Positions 61,075 to 64,000 of a DNA stretch of 64,000 nt are shown in pieces (the first letter of the stretch is position 1; the number at the start of each line of letters is the position of its first letter). The DNA lies in the sequence record KT919972.1; one strand, given 5' to 3'. Position numbers and translations under genes: made by a program. The notes under the pieces are model-generated. The model was not told the origin of the DNA. It ran no database searches and saw only the letters and a program-made list of their open reading frames with translations.

Positions 61075-63033
61075 ATGACAACTAACTCGAATTTGCCTGT
61101 TAGTTCTGGCTCGTTTGAGACAATCAAGCAAGACCTTATTCAATATCTGAAAGGTCAAGATGAGTTCAAGGATTATGACTTCAAGGGAAGTCGTCTGAAC
61201 GTACTAACAGATTTGCTTGCATACAGCACAATGTACATGCAGCACTACTCGAATGCAGCATTGTTCGAGAGTTTTATTCGCACTGCTCAAAAACACAGCA
61301 GTGTAGTTCAGCACGCTCAAGATATGGGTTACGCGCCTAGTTCTTTATCGGCAGCAACACATACAATCGGTATCAAAGCGTATCACGCTGAAAACCCAGT
61401 TGAAATTACGCTAGGTACGGGTACTCGTTTCAGTGCTGACGTTGACGGGGTTGATTACTACAGCTACATCGTGTGGGAACCTCACATTCTAATCGGTGCA
61501 AAGCAGGACCCATTAGACCCACAAAGCCCGCTTGTATATCAAGACCAGATAGACCTCGTTCAAGGCACTCTAGGTCGATATGAGGCGCTATTTAGTGAAA
61601 CCGAATCGATTACGATCAAAGACCCAGATTTAGATCGAAACTATGTGCGTGTGTTCGTTGATAACACGGAATGGACTAACTGGACAGACAAATCGATAGT
61701 CAATGTAACAGGCGGTTCAAACGTATTCTATCTGCGTGAAACTGTAGATGGTTACACTGAGGTTTACTTCGGTGAAGGCGAACTAACTGACTTTGTAGAA
61801 AGTGGTGGTGCTTACGACCCGGGTTATATCGGCGGTCTGCGTCCAATCGAAGGTCAGCGCATTCGTGTTCAATATGTGAAAACACAGGGACCAGTTGCGA
61901 ACGGCTCAAAACGATTCACATGGGCAGATGACATTCCTAACTTCCAGTTAGATGATAAAAACATCGACGATAACCCGAATAACGATGAAAACTTTGTTGG
62001 TTCGATTGGTGGTGGTTATGCTGAAGGCACGGAGCGTATTCGCGAACTAGCCCCTATTTTCAGAGAGTCGCAGCGTCGTTGTGTTACTAAACTTGACTAT
62101 GAAACATTTGTTTCTCAGAAGTTCGGTAACATCGTTCAGTCTGTTCAGGCGTTTGGAAGCTCAGATAAGCCAGGTTATGTGTTTATCTCGATTAAGCCGA
62201 AGAGCGGGTTGACACTTCCACAAGTAGCGCGACAAGACATCGAAGAATATTTGAAAGAATTCAATATTGTTACAGTGACGCCTAAAGTTGTTGACCCCGA
62301 TTACTTGTATGTAAAACACAATCTAAGAATCAACTACCGTACAGGTTCATTGGCTGAAGGTGCTGATTATTTGAAAGCTCAAATTATCAATGCGATTTCA
62401 GATTATTACTACAATGATGTTGAGATCTTCAATGCATCGTTCCATGTTTCTAAAATGTTGAGCTATGTTGATGAAGCTCACCCGTCAATTCTAGGTTCTA
62501 GATGTGACATCAGTTTAATTCGTGAATTAGCGAATTTTGCTCAAACGCCTATGAGTGGCTATAGTTTCTTAAACCCGATTACTGAGCGTTCTGTAAAATC
62601 AGAAGATATCATGTTCACACCGGGCGGTTATGACGTGCAGATCAGAACGACAGCCGCACGAACTGCACCGACCGAAGAAGATATCGGTACGATGTTATTG
62701 GGTCCATTTGCACCCGGTGATATTACAAACCCGCTAGACCCAGAAACTGGCTTGCCTACGGGTGCTTATACTGATAACGACTTTGATCGTGAAGTAATCG
62801 GCTCGCGCAGCTTATACTACCGAATTGGTACTATCAACTACGCATCAGGTATGATGGACTATGATTTCATCAACTTGGGGATAAACTCAGCAGATTGGGA
62901 TGTGACTGGTAATTTGATTGTATCAGCTTCGCCTACACGATCTAATATATACACAGATGACGGTAGCTTGATCGTATATGAGAACGAGCTTCGTCCTCAA
63001 TACACAGATATCGTTCTTGAGGGTATTTCTTAA
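61075..63033 (+). CDS. gp6: baseplate wedge subunit
   Basis: FKDYDF.GSRLNVL.DLLAY, ESF..TA...SSVVQ.AQ..GY.P, E..ERIRELAP...Q.RCVT..DY. Confidence 0.95.
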   Translation: MTTNSNLPVSSGSFETIKQDLIQYLKGQDEFKDYDFKGSRLNVLTDLLAYSTMYMQHYSNAALFESFIRTAQKHSSVVQHAQDMGYAPSSLSAATHTIGIKAYHAENPVEITLGTGTRFSADVDGVDYYSYIVWEPHILIGAKQDPLDPQSPLVYQDQIDLVQGTLGRYEALFSETESITIKDPDLDRNYVRVFVDNTEWTNWTDKSIVNVTGGSNVFYLRETVDGYTEVYFGEGELTDFVESGGAYDPGYIGGLRPIEGQRIRVQYVKTQGPVANGSKRFTWADDIPNFQLDDKNIDDNPNNDENFVGSIGGGYAEGTERIRELAPIFRESQRRCVTKLDYETFVSQKFGNIVQSVQAFGSSDKPGYVFISIKPKSGLTLPQVARQDIEEYLKEFNIVTVTPKVVDPDYLYVKHNLRINYRTGSLAEGADYLKAQIINAISDYYYNDVEIFNASFHVSKMLSYVDEAHPSILGSRCDISLIRELANFAQTPMSGYSFLNPITERSVKSEDIMFTPGGYDVQIRTTAARTAPTEEDIGTMLLGPFAPGDITNPLDPETGLPTGAYTDNDFDREVIGSRSLYYRIGTINYASGMMDYDFINLGINSADWDVTGNLIVSASPTRSNIYTDDGSLIVYENELRPQYTDIVLEGIS

Positions 63034-64000
63034 TGGCAAACGTATTACAAGCACCTCCAATTATGGGGGTGTCTATTGACAAATTGACGCGAAACTATGC
63101 GGAACTTTCATGGTCAACCGTGGGCGAAAACTTTCGCTACGAGATTCATGTTCGTTCGGCTGTTAGTGCAGAAATTCTTCTAACACAAAGTTTCACAGCG
63201 TTATACCCTAACCCGTTTACTAGCGAAACGAGGTTGTTTACGAATATTAACAGTTCTGTTCGTTATTATCAATGGAGAATTCGTTCTGTTTACAAGGGTT
63301 TTGAACCGAGTGAGTGGGTTACATCTGATATCGGGTATACGTCGGACACAAACGATTACGACATCACGACTCAAGACGAATTCATTCCCGCATCTTCATT
63401 CATTGAAGAGCGTTTGAATAACGACAACGACCAATACCTAAACAGTCGCAACAACCTGCAAGCTACCCTAGTACGACCAGGTTTTGAATTTGACCCTAAT
63501 ATGTTTAACGTCGAATCAGCGGCATATTGGTTTGTTACAAATCCCGGTTTTAGTGCAAATTATGGCAAAGTCCCAACTGTATGTCAGAACGTTGATCGCG
63601 TAATCCCTGTTGTTATAGACGATGTTATATATGCGTTCGAACGCTGGCAACAAGTTTGTAAAGTGTCTAACGACGGCGGTAGAACATGGCAGACATATAA
63701 AGCAACGAACTCAAGACTAGGGAACCCAGTCTATGATTGCATCTGTAAGCAGTCTAACGCATTTAGTTACCTACTAGGGTATGATTACCTTATTCAAGGC
63801 GTACAATCGAATGACGTTGATTACTCGCACGATAATGGGCTTGAATATTCACATGCATCGGTTGATTTGACGTTCGATAAACTAGACTTCGACTTAGGGT
63901 TTGGGTTCGATGTTGAGCGTTTCAAAGATTTGGCTATATTACCACCACAAGTGCGTAACAAAGCAGACGCTTTCGGCGTTGATGATGTAATGTCCGTTGT
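63033..64000 (+). CDS. gp7: baseplate wedge initiator, N-terminal part (runs off the window)
   Basis: ATG overlapping the gp6 stop; MANVLQAPPIMGVSIDKLTRNYAELSWSTVGENFRYE resembles the T4 gp7 N-terminus; open to the window end. Confidence 0.85.
   Translation, partial: MANVLQAPPIMGVSIDKLTRNYAELSWSTVGENFRYEIHVRSAVSAEILLTQSFTALYPNPFTSETRLFTNINSSVRYYQWRIRSVYKGFEPSEWVTSDIGYTSDTNDYDITTQDEFIPASSFIEERLNNDNDQYLNSRNNLQATLVRPGFEFDPNMFNVESAAYWFVTNPGFSANYGKVPTVCQNVDRVIPVVIDDVIYAFERWQQVCKVSNDGGRTWQTYKATNSRLGNPVYDCICKQSNAFSYLLGYDYLIQGVQSNDVDYSHDNGLEYSHASVDLTFDKLDFDLGFGFDVERFKDLAILPPQVRNKADAFGVDDVMSV

Noticed and set aside
631-61909. Many short ORFs in the supplied track that overlap long genes on the opposite strand or in another frame (e.g. 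631-891, 2239-2648, 9723-10190, 20499-20819, 49366-49695, 57829-58176)
   Set aside because: Shadow ORFs: no SD, they overlap well-supported genes, and their composition mirrors the antisense codon pattern.
1-64000. CRISPR array, integrase, transposase, reverse transcriptase/DGR
   Set aside because: No regularly spaced identical repeats with unique spacers, and no such protein motifs in any ORF. The fibre repeats are coding modules.

Overview
The window is about 64 kb of a large T4-like lytic myovirus genome with a gammaproteobacterial host, probably a marine Vibrio-like one; the host is inferred from gene content only. (1) 1-18.2 kb, + strand: early and middle genes, including nrdA/nrdB/glutaredoxin, a secreted transglycosylase, an AAA+ ATPase, topoisomerase gp52, queE, an ADP-ribosyltransferase-fold protein, a peptidase-M15 endolysin, phoH and a Tad2-like (DUF2829) sponge. 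(2) 18.2-29.9 kb, - strand: tail-fibre cluster. (3) 29.9-33.4 kb, - strand: an RNA-handling block with a YkuK-type RNase H-fold protein, a DUF2828 helical+vWA (Ro60-like architecture) protein and a cyclic-phosphate-processing receiver-domain protein. (4) 34-46.5 kb, - strand: 29 tRNA genes covering all 20 amino acids, interleaved with small late genes and many non-coding RNAs. (5) 46.5-64 kb: gp57B (Acb1), gp57A, gp1 and the tail/baseplate module (gp3, 29, 51, 26, 54, 2, 4, 48, 53, 27, 5, 5.1, 5.4, 25, 6 and the start of gp7). The main find is a dispersed RNA family. One module, a short helix immediately followed by an unpaired N-C-(A/T)-G-C-A-A, recurs about 12 times with different but self-complementary helix sequences. 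It occurs in five tRNA bodies (three with a 41-49 nt insertion at exactly position 28/29), in a circularly permuted YrlA-like tRNA mimic, in two paralogous 228-244 nt RNAs, in three minimal RNAs, and in a hairpin that covers the start codon of the DUF2828 gene itself. My inference is a phage-encoded Ro60-like protein with its own Y-RNA-like partners and translational autoregulation. All structure calls were made by eye and need covariance-model and experimental confirmation.
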